Assembly: GCF_009914755.1 (NCBI RefSeq)
Contig: NC_060942.1
Source of the DNA: the human T2T-CHM13v2.0 reference genome, Homo sapiens
Strand: one strand, 5' to 3'
DNA length: 64,000 bases
The notes beneath the pieces are model-generated. The model was not told the DNA's origin. It saw nothing but the letters and a program-made list of their open reading frames with translations, and did not search any database. Of the stretch, positions 17,380-30,164 are shown piece after piece. Made by a program: the position numbers and the translations under genes. The number at the start of each line of letters is the position of its first letter. The stretch's first letter is position 1.

Positions 17380-18391
17380 TTACAATTTGTCATGTTTTTG
17401 CAATGGCTGGTAACAGTTGTCCCTTTCCATGTTTAGTGCTTCCTTCAGGAGCTCTTGTAGGGCAGGCCTGGTGGTGACAAAATCTGTCAGCATTAGCTTG
17501 TCTGTAAAGGATTTTATTTCCCCTTCACTTATGAAGCTTAGTTTGGCTGGATATGAAATTCTGGGTCGAAAATTCTTTTCTTTAAGAATGTTGAATATTG
17601 GCCCCCACTCTCTTCTGGCTTGTAGAGTTTCTGCAGAGAGATCCGCTGTTAGTCTGATGGGCTTCCCTTTGTGGGTAACCTGACCTTTCTCTCTGGCTGC
17701 CCTTAATATTTTTTCCTTCATTTCAACTTTGGTGAATCTGACAATTATGTATCTTGGAGTTGCTCTTCTTGAGGAGTATCTTTGTGGCATTCTCTGTATT
17801 TCCTGAATTTGAATGTTGGCCTGCCTTGCTAGGTTGGGGAAGTTCTCCTGGATAATATCCTGAAGAGTGTTTTCCAACTTGGTTCCATTCTCCCCATCAC
17901 TTTCAGGTATACCAACCAGATGTAGATTTGGTCTTTTCACATAGTCCCATATTTCTTGGAGGCTTTGTTCATTTCTTTTTATGCTTTTTTCTCTAAACTT
18001 CTTGCTTCATTTCATTCATTTGGTCTTCCATCACTGATACCCTTTCTTCCAGTTGATCGAATTGGCTACTGAAGCTTGTGCATTCGTCACGTAGTTCTCG
18101 TGCCATGGTTTTCAGCTCCATCAGGTCCTTTAAGGACTTCTCTGCATTGGTTATTCTAGTTAGCCATTCATCTAATCTTTTTTCAAGGTTTTTAACTTCT
18201 TTACAATGGGTTTGAACTTCCTCCTTTAGCTCGGAGAAGTTTGATCGTCTGAAGCCTTCTTCTCTCAACTTGTCAAAGTCATTCTCCGTCCAGCTTTGTT
18301 CCATTGCTGGTGAGGAGCTGCGTTCCTTTGGAGGAGGAGAGGTTCTCTGATTTTTAGAATTTTCCGTTTTTCTGTTCTGTTTTTTCCCCAT
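17380..18391 (-). pseudogene. L1 ORF1, disrupted
   Basis: MGKKQNRKTENSKNQ... and ...ARREWGPIF...YPAKLSF; split into 132-aa and 186-aa pieces. Confidence 0.95.
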
Positions 18392-20935
18392 CTTTGTGGT
18401 TTTATCTACCTTTGGTCTTTGATGATGGTGACATACAGATGGGGTTTTGGTGTGGATGTCCTTTCTGTTTGTTAGTTATCGTTTTAACAGTCAGGACCCT
18501 CAGCTGCAGGTCTGTTGGAGTTTGCTGGAGGTCCACTCCAGACCCTTTTGGCCTGGGTATCAGCATTGGAGGCTGCAGAACAGCGGATATTGCTGAATAG
18601 CAGATGTTGCTGTCTGATGGTTCCTCTGGAGGTTTTGTCTCAGAGGGGTACTCAGCCGTGTGAGGTGTCAGTCTGCCCCTACTGGGGGATGCCTCCCAGA
18701 TAGGCTACTCGGGGGTCAGGGACCCACTTGAGGAGGCAGTCTGACCGTTCTCAGATCTCAAACTCTGTACTGGGAGAACCACTAGTCTCTTCAAAGCTGT
18801 CAGACAGGGACATTCAAGTCTGCAGAGGTTTCTGCTGCCTTTTGTTCGGCTATGCCCTTCCCCCAGAGGTGGAGTCTACAGAGGCAGGCAGGCCTCCTTG
18901 AGCTGTGGTGGGCTCCACCCAGTTCAAGCTTCCCAGCTGCAGCTTTGTTTACCTACTCAAGCCTCAGCAATGGCGGGCACCCCTCCCCCAGTCTCGCTGC
19001 CACCTTATAGTTGGATCTCAGACTGCTGTGCTAGCAATGAGTGAGGCTCCGTGGGTGGGGCGTGAGACCCTCCGAGCCATGCGCAGGATATAATCTCCTG
19101 GTGTGCCATTTGCTAAGACCATTGGAAAAGTGCAGTATTAGGATGGGAGTGAACCGATTTTCCAGGTGCTGTCTGTCACAGATTTGCTTGGCTGGGAAGG
19201 GGAATTCACTGACCCCTTGTGCTTCCCAGGTGAGGCAATGCCTCGCCCTGCTTTGGCTCACAACAAGCCCCAGTGAGATGAACCCGGTACCTCATTTGGA
19301 AATTCAGACATCACCTGTCTTCTGCATTGCTCACGCTGGGAGCTGTAGACTGGAGCTGTTCCTATTTGGCCATCTTCAAGAATGATGTTTAAAAATGTGG
19401 AATTGCATGTGCTCAGTACAAATTTAATTCAGAATATTTGTCAGAAGTACGGTACTCTGCATGCAAACGTTTTCTCTCCTCTCCATTCACCCTGCTTTTC
19501 ATGTTACTAATGTAACTGATAGAGTTCCTACAAAATCTTTTTTTATTTTGCCTTTTTGTTCTATATCTAGTTTTATAAGGTTTTATCCTTTCTTCCTTTA
19601 TTTCTTCATTCCTTCCTTCTTTTCTAATTGAACTTTACATCATAGTATCAACAGACACAGTTATACCAGATCACACTGTATCAGTCTCTTAGAAGTGTGC
19701 AGTGGGCTTCTCTAACAAATGAATGCATGGAAATTATGAGCAAAATCATGATCACATAGTATCAGAGAGATTTCAATACACTCTATGGTATACCTGCTTG
19801 TAGGTAACTACAAATATGGCTTTTTAAAAGCTAGTTAGACTAACCTTTGACACATTTTTACTTAACCTGCAAAATTCAATTTAATTCTTTTTTTGGCCAA
19901 TTTGGTGGGTATAATGAGATGCAGGAGACAAAAGACTGCACTTGGGTAAACATTGTTTTCTTGTCCTGATCAGCAAAAATACGTGAATCTTTCTGCCTTA
20001 CTTGGAATTAATTTCAACATGGAGAACATAAAGCTTTAATGAGATTCATCACTGTGGGGTGGCATTTATCTATACTTAGTTTTAGTTTCATATTGCCCTA
20101 CTTATATTCATAAAAGGAGATTTTCATCTAAGAAAACCTGAGATACTTAGGTTTAGTGATTATTTGTGTAGGTAAATACACAATGAGACTCACTGGTTTC
20201 TCAACTGTATTTTTTAAAAAGATACAAAATGAGATAATCACTCCCTTTAAAAGTGTATTCTAAGAAAGTGACTCCTATTTTTCTGATATTTTGGGATACC
20301 TGAATTTTGTACAGTAGCGATTTCTATAACAAAATAAACCTTAATATAAAAATAAAATAGTGACTTACTGCTTTACCTTGAAATGCAGCTGACATGTGTT
20401 CTGTGTGAATGTGTGTATAAAGTACGTGAATAAAGGAGCGTTCAGCCACTACTGATGTCTCATATCTTCATATGTATCATATCCCTTAGTGAGCAAGTTG
20501 AATAAAAATAATTTCATAGCCATAAACAGAGGAAGTATTCATGCTGAATATGTATAGATTGCTAATAATAGGACAAAAAAGTTTCAAATATTAAAACAAA
20601 ATTATATATAGTTTACAGTTCTTCAACTACTTCCTTAAAAATTATATGGTATGTATATATATGCACAAACATATGTCTGTGTGTGTGTATAACTGGAAGT
20701 AAATGTATAAAATCTTCATAGGGATTTCCTGTGGGGTGGAATGTGGGTGATACTAATTTTCTTCACAATTTATTATATTTTCCACATTTCCTAAAAGGAG
20801 AGTTACTTTGATCAAAACACACACACACACATACCCGCAGTTTAAAAACTCCATGTTTCTTCTTGTCTCTTGATCTATTTTTAATAAAACTTGATTTTTA
20901 ATAAGTATTACCATGTAAGCCAATTATTTTTACAT

Positions 20936-21278
20936 TTTATTTGTTTGTTTTTTGAGAGAGGATCTCACTCTGTCACTCAGGCTGAAATGCAGTGGCACAA
21001 TCTTGGCTCACTGTAACCTCCGCCTGCTGGGCTCAGGTGATCTCCCACCTCAGCCTCCCAAGCAGCAGGGACCACAGGTACACACCACCACGCCCAGCTA
21101 TTTTTTGTATTATTAGTATTATTATTATTATTTTTTCTCTATACAATTTCTGAGATACTTACGTAAACTTAATCACTGGGGTTTTGTCATGTTGCCCAGG
21201 CTGGTCCCGAACTCCTGGGTTCAAGGGATCTGCTTGCCTTGGCCTCCGAAAGTGCTGGGATTACAGGCATGAGCCACC
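20936..21278 (-). mobile_element. AluJ with foreign insertion in the linker
   Basis: Both Alu arms present; (TAT)n plus ~40 non-Alu bases at 21137-21176. Confidence 0.9.
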
Positions 21279-22168
21279 TTACCTTTTAAAAATGCAAGTA
21301 TCATCTCGATAAGCAACTGTCTTAACCTTACAATAAAATGCAACAGAAAGATACGCAGAGCCAGTCCTTCAGAAAAAAAAAAAAAATGCTGTGCAAGAAA
21401 CAGCTGATAAATCCTTTTTAAACCACCTTCATTTTTCTCAGCACCTTTAAAACAGTTGACTGGATACCCAACTGAACTGATATTGACAGGCAGGCCATCA
21501 TATTATTTCTTAAGTGTTCCTGAATGTCAGCAGGTCTTCGGCTTTGTGGCGTGAAAAATTCTACATTCATTGCTGAAGGTATATATTTTTTTCCTGTTGA
21601 CAGCTATTTTGTCCAAATATTGTTCTCTCTGCTTTATCTTACTTTAACCTAAGTGATAAGGTACAACTTTTTATCCACTTCTATTGACGAAATATCAAGA
21701 ATAAAACCGAATTCTCTGCTACTATCTTATACTTCTCAAATATCTTCTTGCTGTCTTGTTAAATTTTATCAGAGATAAGTATTAAAGTAGGCAACTGAAA
21801 AGTGAGGCACAGCAGTGGCCTATATGGATACCCAGAATTGTGAAGTACACACATGTTTCTGCAATCACTGGGCTGTGATTTGATGGAAATGAATTATAGA
21901 TGCACAACCCCTTCTGAGATTAGATTAATTTCCCTGATTATTAGTCCAAAGATTTAAAAACTTCACAGAAATGAGGTTGCCGCCCAGCTTAGGAGCTGAT
22001 GCAGCCAGTCTCAAAGGCACTTTCCTTGGGGCCCAGAATCCCTAATGGGAGAGGCCTGCCTGACTGTGTGATCTTGCCCTTCCGCAAAGGTGCCACACTG
22101 GATGTGAACAACTAAACTGTCACAGCCACAGCCCCTTTATCCTAGGGGCTTGAAGAAATAAGCTATGC

Positions 22169-22251
22169 CCTTAATAGGAAGTAAAGACATCCAAGACCTT
22201 CCTGCCTCTCATACTGTGCTGTGTGTCAACAAAAATAAGTCCTTAAAATAG
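22169..22251. promoter_or_regulatory. Candidate CArG plus MEF2 muscle element
   Basis: CCTTAATAGG at 22169-22178; CTTAAAATAG at 22242-22251. Confidence 0.3.
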
Positions 22252-22559
22252 AGAGGATGCCTAAGCATCCAATAGCACTAATTCTGTTTCCAGCTTTTAA
22301 GTGTCCAAAAAGGCCCATTTGCCAGCCATCCTCTCCCTGACTCTGACTTAATTAATATGCTTGTGTCTGGGGTGATTCTGGGTTTAGTCCAAGGGCCATG
22401 ATTCCAAATCCATTTTACTACAACTTTCTAAGCCACTTTGACGTTCTTAGGCTGATAACTAATAATCTGGTGAAATTATTTGAATAAGTTTATACTGCCA
22501 CTCTGTACAGGAACCAGATGTGAAAACATGAGCTTTGTGTTTGCTAACTGTTCCACTAT

Positions 22560-22860
22560 CAATCATTTATTCAAACAAGCATTTAGTGATGATTGCTATT
22601 CATCATTAAAGATTATGTACTAGAGATGATGAAGAAACAAGCAATAAGTCCCTGCCCAGAGTTGCACGTATTCTTATAAAGGGATAAGAAAATTCATGGT
22701 AATTTTAAATGATAACAGGTGCTGCAATGAAAGACCTCCAAGAGTGGTGTGGCAGCACTAAGGACTGGAATACAGAGAGGGTCTAAGAGCACAGCTGGGA
22801 GGGGCAGGAAGGAATTCACGTGGTATATAGAGTTGGAGGAAGCTTCAAAAGGGAAGTTAG
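22560..22860 (-). mobile_element. L2 fragment
   Basis: tcatttattcaaacaagcattta...aagtccctgccc resembles the antisense L2 3' end. Confidence 0.5.
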
Positions 22861-22950
22861 ACTTACCTTGTTCAACTTCAGAGGTCTGGATGGGACCTGT
22901 GGTAAAATTACATAATAGAATTAGGACTCAAAGGAACTCGGACCACCTAC

Positions 22951-23169
22951 CAGGGTTCCTCAACCTGGGTACTATCAACATTTTGGACTATTCATTATTT
23001 GGCTGGGGGTTGGGGGGCAGTAGTCCTATGAATTTTCAGATGTTCAGCAGTATCCTGACCTGTACCTACTAGATGCCAGTTGCACGTACCCACCCTGCAC
23101 AACCAAAAATGTCTCCAAACATTGTCATATGTCCCCTGGGGGCAAAATCACCCTGATTGAGAACCACTG
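22951..23169 (-). mobile_element. MER20 (hAT-Charlie), full length
   Basis: cagggttcctcaacctgg...ctagatgccagt...aaccaaaaatgtctcca...gtcccctgggggcaaaatcacc...gagaaccactg. Confidence 0.9.
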
Positions 23170-23623
23170 GACAAAAGTCATACCCTCAAAAGAAGTCCTG
23201 GAGAGCACCTTTTTATTCCTCCTTTTAATATTTAGGCTACCCGTTCTTGAATAATAATGAAAGTAGCTAAAATTTCTGCTTGGATTCCTTATATTTTTAG
23301 GGTGAATAAAATAATCATGAATTCTTCAGATTGTGATGATGAAATTATTTTTAATATGGTGCAAGTTCACAAGGGTAAGAGAAAGGAAATTGAACCAAAT
23401 ATTTATAAGAAAAAGAAGACAAATTTTAAAATAAGAAAATGTAATAGGATTTTTCTTTTACTACATTCTTGCTAGTTAATCTTGTATTTCACCCTACCTT
23501 GTTTATTCTAAGGTATGTATAAATAAAATCATCATCTAGAAGCTTTAATCTGACTTGCAAATATTTGTGTGAAAGAAAAATCCAAACTTCTTAGATTTAA
23601 ATTTGATGGCAACCAAAAATATA

Positions 23624-23830
23624 CATTCATTCATACATCTGTTTGTTCGTGCAATAAATATTACTGCAGGCATACTATGTGCCAGCCACCATTCTAAGCA
23701 TCAGGTGCACAACAATGAAAAAAGTTCCTGCCTTTGTGGAGCTATATTCTGGTGTGAAGAGACAATGAATAAATAATACATCAGGTAGTGGCAGTACAGG
23801 GGAATATATCAAAATAAACAATAGAGAGTG
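23624..23830 (-). mobile_element. L2 3' fragment
   Basis: cattcattcat...tactatgtgccag...cctgcctttgtggagctatattctgg. Confidence 0.7.
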
Positions 23831-24400
23831 AGTACAGAGTGCTATTTATGGTAGAAACATCAGTCCGAGCATAAATAGGAATAATAACACGAATGTTAAC
23901 TCTTCTCCAGTCTAATATTTGTCTAGGTCCCACAGAATCTGGGCTGAGAGGACCACATATCCCAATTTGTAATAAACGTGTATGCTTTACCAAATCCTAC
24001 CACTACAAATGATTATTGAGCCTCTGTTTAAATTGATATCATTGGTATGAAGGTCACTACCTTTTTAGGTGGCCCATTCTGTTTTTGTGTCCTCCAATTT
24101 GAGGGGGTCCTCTTATTAAGCAAAAATGTGACTCCTGCAACTTCCATCTAACCTACATGCCTAAAATGCAGCACCCAAAATGAATGAAATACTTCTTTCT
24201 TTTATGGTACTCTGTGGTAAGACACTGGTTCCTAGCTCCAATCCAGACCCTGGATGAAAGCTTTTCTGGGAGCTTAGTAAAGAATACAGTATTTTTATTT
24301 TATACCATGACACTAAATTTTAATTTCTAGTCACAAGTTAGCCAACCTAGAATTTACGTTAGCTGACCTGTAATTTAAGTAAGAACTTAAAGAGAGAAGG

Positions 24401-24683
24401 GGCCAGGCACGGTGGTTCAATGCCTGTAATCCCAGCATGTTGGGAGGCTGAGGCAGGCGGATTGTTTGAGCTCAGATGTTCGAGACCAGCCTGGGCAACA
24501 TAGCAAAATCTCATCTCTACAAAACATACAAAAATTAGCTGAGCGTGGTGCTGAGCACCTGTAGTCCCAGCTACTCAGGAGGTTGAGATGGGAAGATTGC
24601 TTGAGCCTGGGGAGCTTGAGGCTGCAGTGAGCCACGATCATGCCACTGCACTCAGTATGGGTGAGAGAGCAAGACCTTGTCTC
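24401..24683 (+). mobile_element. AluJ with almost no poly-A tail
   Basis: ggccaggcacggtgg...gaccttgtctc followed directly by TSD aaagagaga(a/g)gg (24389-24400, 24684-24695). Confidence 0.93.
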
Positions 24684-25731
24684 AAAGAGAGAGGGAGAGA
24701 ATGGAGAAAGGTATAATTTGTATTCCCACCCAATGTTCATGTGACAATTTTGCTTTCCAAGTGTCCAGTAGGCTGCAGGAAGAGTATAGTAGGATTGATG
24801 CCTTTAATTCACTAGCAGCTTGGGAAGCTGCCACCCTCAGGTGAAAGAAAGAGTAGAAAGAATTGAGGGTATTCAGCTCTGCATACTCTGGAGTTGCCAT
24901 GCAGGATAGAAGCCAAGAATGGTAGGGATGGATCTGCCTCCAGATTAGACAACTAACTTCTTTTAATCACTATCTGTGATATATGGGGTGAAGTGGGGCC
25001 ACTTCTTAGTAGAAAAGGAACAGCAGAATTTAAAGCTGCCTTGTGATCCGTAGACCACCCAAGGTGTAAATTTTATTAGTCATAGATCCTGGTCAAGATG
25101 TCAACCTGGACCACCCATGGGGTTCTTTAACACAGTGTCTCCATCTGAGCATTGTTTAGGCTCCCTCCAAATCTATTGCAGTCTGGAGTAACCCATTGGA
25201 TCTGGACAAAAAAAAAGAAATATGCAAGTCATCCTTCCCAAAATTGTCAGGTACAGGAACAACAACCAGCAGCCAAATCCTAAGAGGTCCCTAGGACAAT
25301 ACCAAGTGATTTCTCGAGTGATTCTACATTGCCAGATAGAGCTGGATATAAGTTTATCTCACTTTATTATATACATAGATATAGCCTAAGGTGAAAATAT
25401 AATACTTTAGATTATATGCGATTTTCATTTATTTCCAGGTGCTGTGGCTTAGAGAGCTGTGTTCATGAGGAGAAATATTTTAATATATAATTTATTCTCA
25501 GATACATAGGTCTAATCTACTCCGACTCCAATTTTTTTTTAAAAAAGCATGTACTTTAAGAAACAAAAAATATCTGAAAGTACTACTGTTGTAATAATAC
25601 ATTTAATTCAAAGAATGTCAAACAGAAGATGTATATGCCTAGAATCATAGCACAGGGAAAGACTGTTGGGTCTGAATGTCACAGAACAGTGGTTAATTGT
25701 GTAGTGAAAGTCTCTTTATATCCTATTAAAT

Positions 25732-26061
25732 TGTATTAGGTCATTCTCACTCTACTATAAAGAACTGCCCATGACTGGGTAATTTATAAAGGAAAGAAGT
25801 ATAATTGACTCAGTTCCAGATGGCTGGTGAGGCCTCAGGAAACTTACAGTCGTGGTGAAAGTGGAAGCAAACACATCCTTCTTCATGTAGCAGCAGGAGA
25901 GAGAAGTGCCGAGCAAAGGGGGAAAAGCCCCTATACTATCACAAGAACAGCATGGGGATAACAGCCCCCATGAGTCAATTATCTCCTATTGGGCCCCTCC
26001 TGTGATATGTGGGGATTATGAGAACTACAAGTCAAGGCGGGGACACAGCAAACCCGTATCA
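25732..26061 (-). mobile_element. THE1D-like MaLR solo LTR
   Basis: tgtattag...gactgggtaatttataaagg...ggcctcaggaaacttaca...ggggacacagc...tatca; perfect 5-bp TSD taaat. Confidence 0.92.
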
Positions 26062-27039
26062 TAAATAAACCTCACGTAATGAACATGTCTGAGAACTTAG
26101 ATAAGAGGAAGGGGAAGATTTTGTTATAGAATTTTCTTTAGTACCTCAAATCATAGGAAGCCTGAACCCAGTCATGAAAGCTGAAATAATTATTGTGTTC
26201 ATTTTAGATAACCTGGGTTGGGAGAGGAAAGCATGGGGTGGGAGTCAGAAGCAGAAGGCACCCATCACCCAGCAAAGGTGCAGAGCTGGGTTCCTTCCAT
26301 CCCTTCCCTTTCCACCCCCACTGCCACCAGATGCCTTGTCCCTTTTACTTTACTGTGTCCCTCCTCCCCACACTTTTCCTTCATCTTAACATGAGATTTC
26401 CTAAGCTTCAAATTTTTGCTGCTTCAAGCCATCTGGCACCTGGGATAGTAACACGCAGCCTGTGTGTTCACAGGGAGAAGCAAGGAAGAAAGGGTGAGGA
26501 GGAAGAGAACACTGGGGAGGACTGGCTGAGGGGAGATGATGAGTGGAGTGCCTGGGTCACTCCCAGCCATAGGGTCAGGGATCTTGGGCATTGGGGCGGG
26601 CAGTCTAGAGCTTGTCTCTTTCAGTTCTCATTTAGAAATTTTCTCAGAAGGCAAAAGCTTATAAAACCATTCAGCTTAGTTAAGAAAAATTAACAGCCAA
26701 TCTTATGAAATATTTACAATTTATGTTATTACTACACAACATAATTATATGGATTATTAAGTAACATTAGGTTGCCTTTGTAGTCCACCTTGTTGTAGTC
26801 CACTCTTACAGGGTATCTACTAATGACTGCTCAAGCTCAATCCATCAGAGGAAATGTTAGTCTGAGGACTCTGATCTTAGCAATACTTTACTTGGCTTCA
26901 GTAAAAATTATGTCAATAAAATATCCCAGAAAACTATCTACTTGGAAAACAAAGAAGATTCCATGTTTTTCCATTTCTGGTTTTTCAGTCAACTAAATCC
27001 ATAGAGCTATATCAGGAACCCAATGTTCCAGGCAACTAT

Positions 27040-27110
27040 CATTAACCAGCTTTTAAATCTTGGATGATCACTTAATCCCTCTGGAACTCACTGTCCTCAT
27101 CTGTGAAATG
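27040..27110 (+). mobile_element. MIR core fragment
   Basis: tcacttaatccctctggaactcactgtcctcatctgtgaaatg. Confidence 0.6.
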
Positions 27111-27316
27111 ACTTCTACCATAAATGTCTGTTATTATAAATATTTCTTATACTAAATGAAAAGCAAGGTTCTAAATTGCATACGTTATTAATAGAGGATA
27201 AGGGGATTTATAAAATAACGTATGTTCTAGATCTGCCAATTCTGGCTTCCTGTTTGTGTAATAAATACAGAAGTGTGAATTGCTTAGCTAAATAAAAGTC
27301 TACTTTCTCGTTGCAG

Positions 27317-27441
27317 ATAAATAGGATTTACCAATCCTTGGATGAAGTGCTTGGGAAGTCTTTAAGTGCCATAATCAACTGCCATTTCAAAGAATATAGA
27401 TGGTTTTGAAAAGTTCATGCTGTCCCTTCATTGAATTTTAG
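27317..27441 (+). other. DTNA: Non-coding 5'UTR exon, probably of alpha-dystrobrevin
   Basis: Acceptor-like tactttctcgttgcag| and strong donor TAG|GTGAGT. The 3' end ...gttcatgctgtcccttcattgaattttag is what I recall preceding aATGATTGAAGAT (MIEDSGK) in DTNA mRNAs. It could instead be a first exon, since there is a TATA/MEF2-like GATAAATAG at its start. Confidence 0.7.
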
Positions 27442-29199
27442 GTGAGTGTGTTTAAGACAAAGAACTTAAGATGAATATTGAACTGTTTCTCTTTAGAGTG
27501 CTCCTCTCATTTGCCTGAAAAGAAAATGGGTTTAAATATTATCAATGCTGAGGTGGAGCAAGATGGCTAAATAAATATTATCAATGCCTTTCAGTTTCGT
27601 ACCTTTAGTGAGGTTCCAGACAATGAAAGACTTACCGTCTTTTTGTTTATTTATTGTTATTATTATTATTATCAGAAACCATCTGAACTGTGAGCTATAT
27701 AACATAAAGATTGTCTTGACCGTCACTTCCCAGTTTCTATTAAGCAAATGCCATAATACTTCATTCTATTCTAAAGGTTATATAATTTGTAAAATATAAA
27801 ATGTATTTAATATCAGTGTAATAAACCAGAATGAGACAAAATTTTTGATGGCATAAACTGAAGGAAAATTTGATGGTGATAATAGTGGCTTAATCACTAA
27901 TGAATCTGTGTTTGAGATCGGGATAACGTTTTAGATGCGCTTATTGGGAGGTTTTGCTTAGAATTAAAAGTAGGGCATGGTTAAGGGCAGGTGTGCTAAA
28001 TTTTTAAAGTGCTATGTACAGTTAAACACAACACACACACACACTCACATTAAGCTTTGTTTTGTCTGGCCATGAAATGAATGAATAAATATATTTTACA
28101 TCATCATATGTCATCACCCTTCCATGTCAGAAAAGAGAAGAGCCTAAAATTGGTGGTTTAATATTAGTCTGATATATGCCATTGCCATTTTTCAGCAGAA
28201 TAGAGGGGAATGGAGAAAGTGAGTGGTGGTCATATTGAGGATATTGTGTGGCTTTCCACCTCCTCCTAAGTCTAGTTTTCAAAGTGTGGCTTTATTATGT
28301 ACTTTGAAGAAAGGTGATCTTCAGAACACCAGCATATACCTATGTTTACAATTCCAATAAAATAATGCAGCTGACAGAGCATTGGCCACTGTCTAAATCT
28401 AATCTGAAAGGCAGAGATGCTTCCTTAATACTTTTGATTAACTTCAAAATGATGGCAAATAATGCTTTCATAAACTTACAGGTGTATAAATTTGGTTTAT
28501 AGAGATTGGATTTAGAACTAAAATGGTAATTCTATTTATTTACAAGATGTGTGTTGAATGCAGTTCCCAGAAGCTAAACTTGGTGCCCATCAAAAATACC
28601 AGTAAATCAATTTGCCTAGTGTAACAGTTACTCTAGAAGAAAAAAATGAAAATGAAAAACTTATTTTCTGAATCCTTTATTTTCCACTTGTGCCCATCTG
28701 TGCCTGTTACCTTCAGGGCCATTCCTTGCCCTGCCCTGCCTCTCTTTATTCCACAGGGACTGACCCTATGGGCTGTATTTTCCAGCCAGAGCCTCTCCTC
28801 CCCTCCTACATGTTACCTCCAGCTTCTTCCAGTGACCTGAACCCTGAACCTCATTAACACTACCTCTTCCCTTTTGTCCCTTGAGAATCATGAGTGATAG
28901 TGCCTTTGGCTTCCTGAGGCTGCTGATCTTCAATTTGATCCACCATTCCCAATTTAGCTTCTCAATTCTTTCATCTTTGTAACCATTTCCTTGTATTAAA
29001 GTTCATCATTTTAAATACTTAGAATGTTTTCTTTTATCTTGATTGAATCGTAACTAATCTATCAATACTTCATTAATTTCTTCCAAAATTATTGGAAGAA
29101 AATGAACATGGATTACTTGCTTCTTAAGAAAACAAGTGATTCCTAAGAAATTAAATTTAAATGTAAAGTTGGGCAGGGTGTTTTTTACTTTTAAAATAC

Positions 29200-29450
29200 T
29201 TTATACTAAGACATTGAGATATAATATACATACAAAGAGGTCACAAGTAAGTGTATATCTCAATGAATTTTCACAAAGTGTATACTTCCCATCAGATCAA
29301 GAAGTAGATTACCAATGCCCCCAGAAGTCCTGCTCACGTGAGCTTCCAGTCATTCCTCCCACAGAGGAAACCATCATCATGGCTTATGTGACAATTAACT
29401 AATTTTGCCTATTCTAGAACTTTATCTAATGGAATCATGCAGTGTGTCAT
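29200..29450 (-). mobile_element. L1ME-type 3' fragment
   Basis: attgagatataatatacata...ttttgcctattctagaactttatctaatggaatcatgcagt. Confidence 0.7.
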
Positions 29451-29539
29451 TTATTTATTAATTTAGTAAAATTTATTTGAGAGCAATTTAGGTCACCCAA
29501 AAATTGAGTAGAAAGTACAGTTTTTATATATCCCCCTAT

Positions 29540-29543
29540 ACAC

Positions 29544-29582
<39 letters not shown>

Positions 29583-29595
29583 CACACACACACAC
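29540..29595. repeat. (CA)n microsatellite
   Basis: Direct reading. Confidence 0.95.
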
Positions 29596-30164
29596 CCTAT
29601 GGACATCCTCCACCAGAATGGTATATTTGTGACTATCAATGAACCTACATTAACCCATCATCACCTGAAGTCCACAGTTTACATTAGGGTACATTCTTGG
29701 TGTTGTGCATTCTATGGGCTTTGACAAATGCATAAATGACATGTATCCACCACTGTGGTGTCATACAGAATAGTTTCACTGCCCTAACAATCCTCTGTGC
29801 TCTTGCCTATTCATCCCTCCCCTGCACCTCACCCCTCATCTTTTTACTGGCTCCATAGCTTTACCTTTTCTGAGATGTCATATAGTTGAAATCATACAGT
29901 GTGTAGCCTTTTCAGGTTGGCCTCTTTCACTCAGTAATATGCATTTAAGTCTCCTTCATGGCTTTTCATGGCTTGATAGTTCATTTTGTTTTAGTGTTGA
30001 ATAATATTCCACTGCCTGGATGTACCACATTTAATTTATCTATTAACCTATTGGAGGACATTTTTGTTGCTTCCATGTTTTGGAAATTATGAATAAAGCT
30101 GCTATAAACATCATATGTAGGTTTTTGTGTGGACACAAATTTTCAACTCATTTAGGTAAATATT

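Noticed and set aside
26238-26693. 151-aa ORF
   Set aside because: Non-ATG start, low-complexity purine/pyrimidine tracts and no recognisable domain
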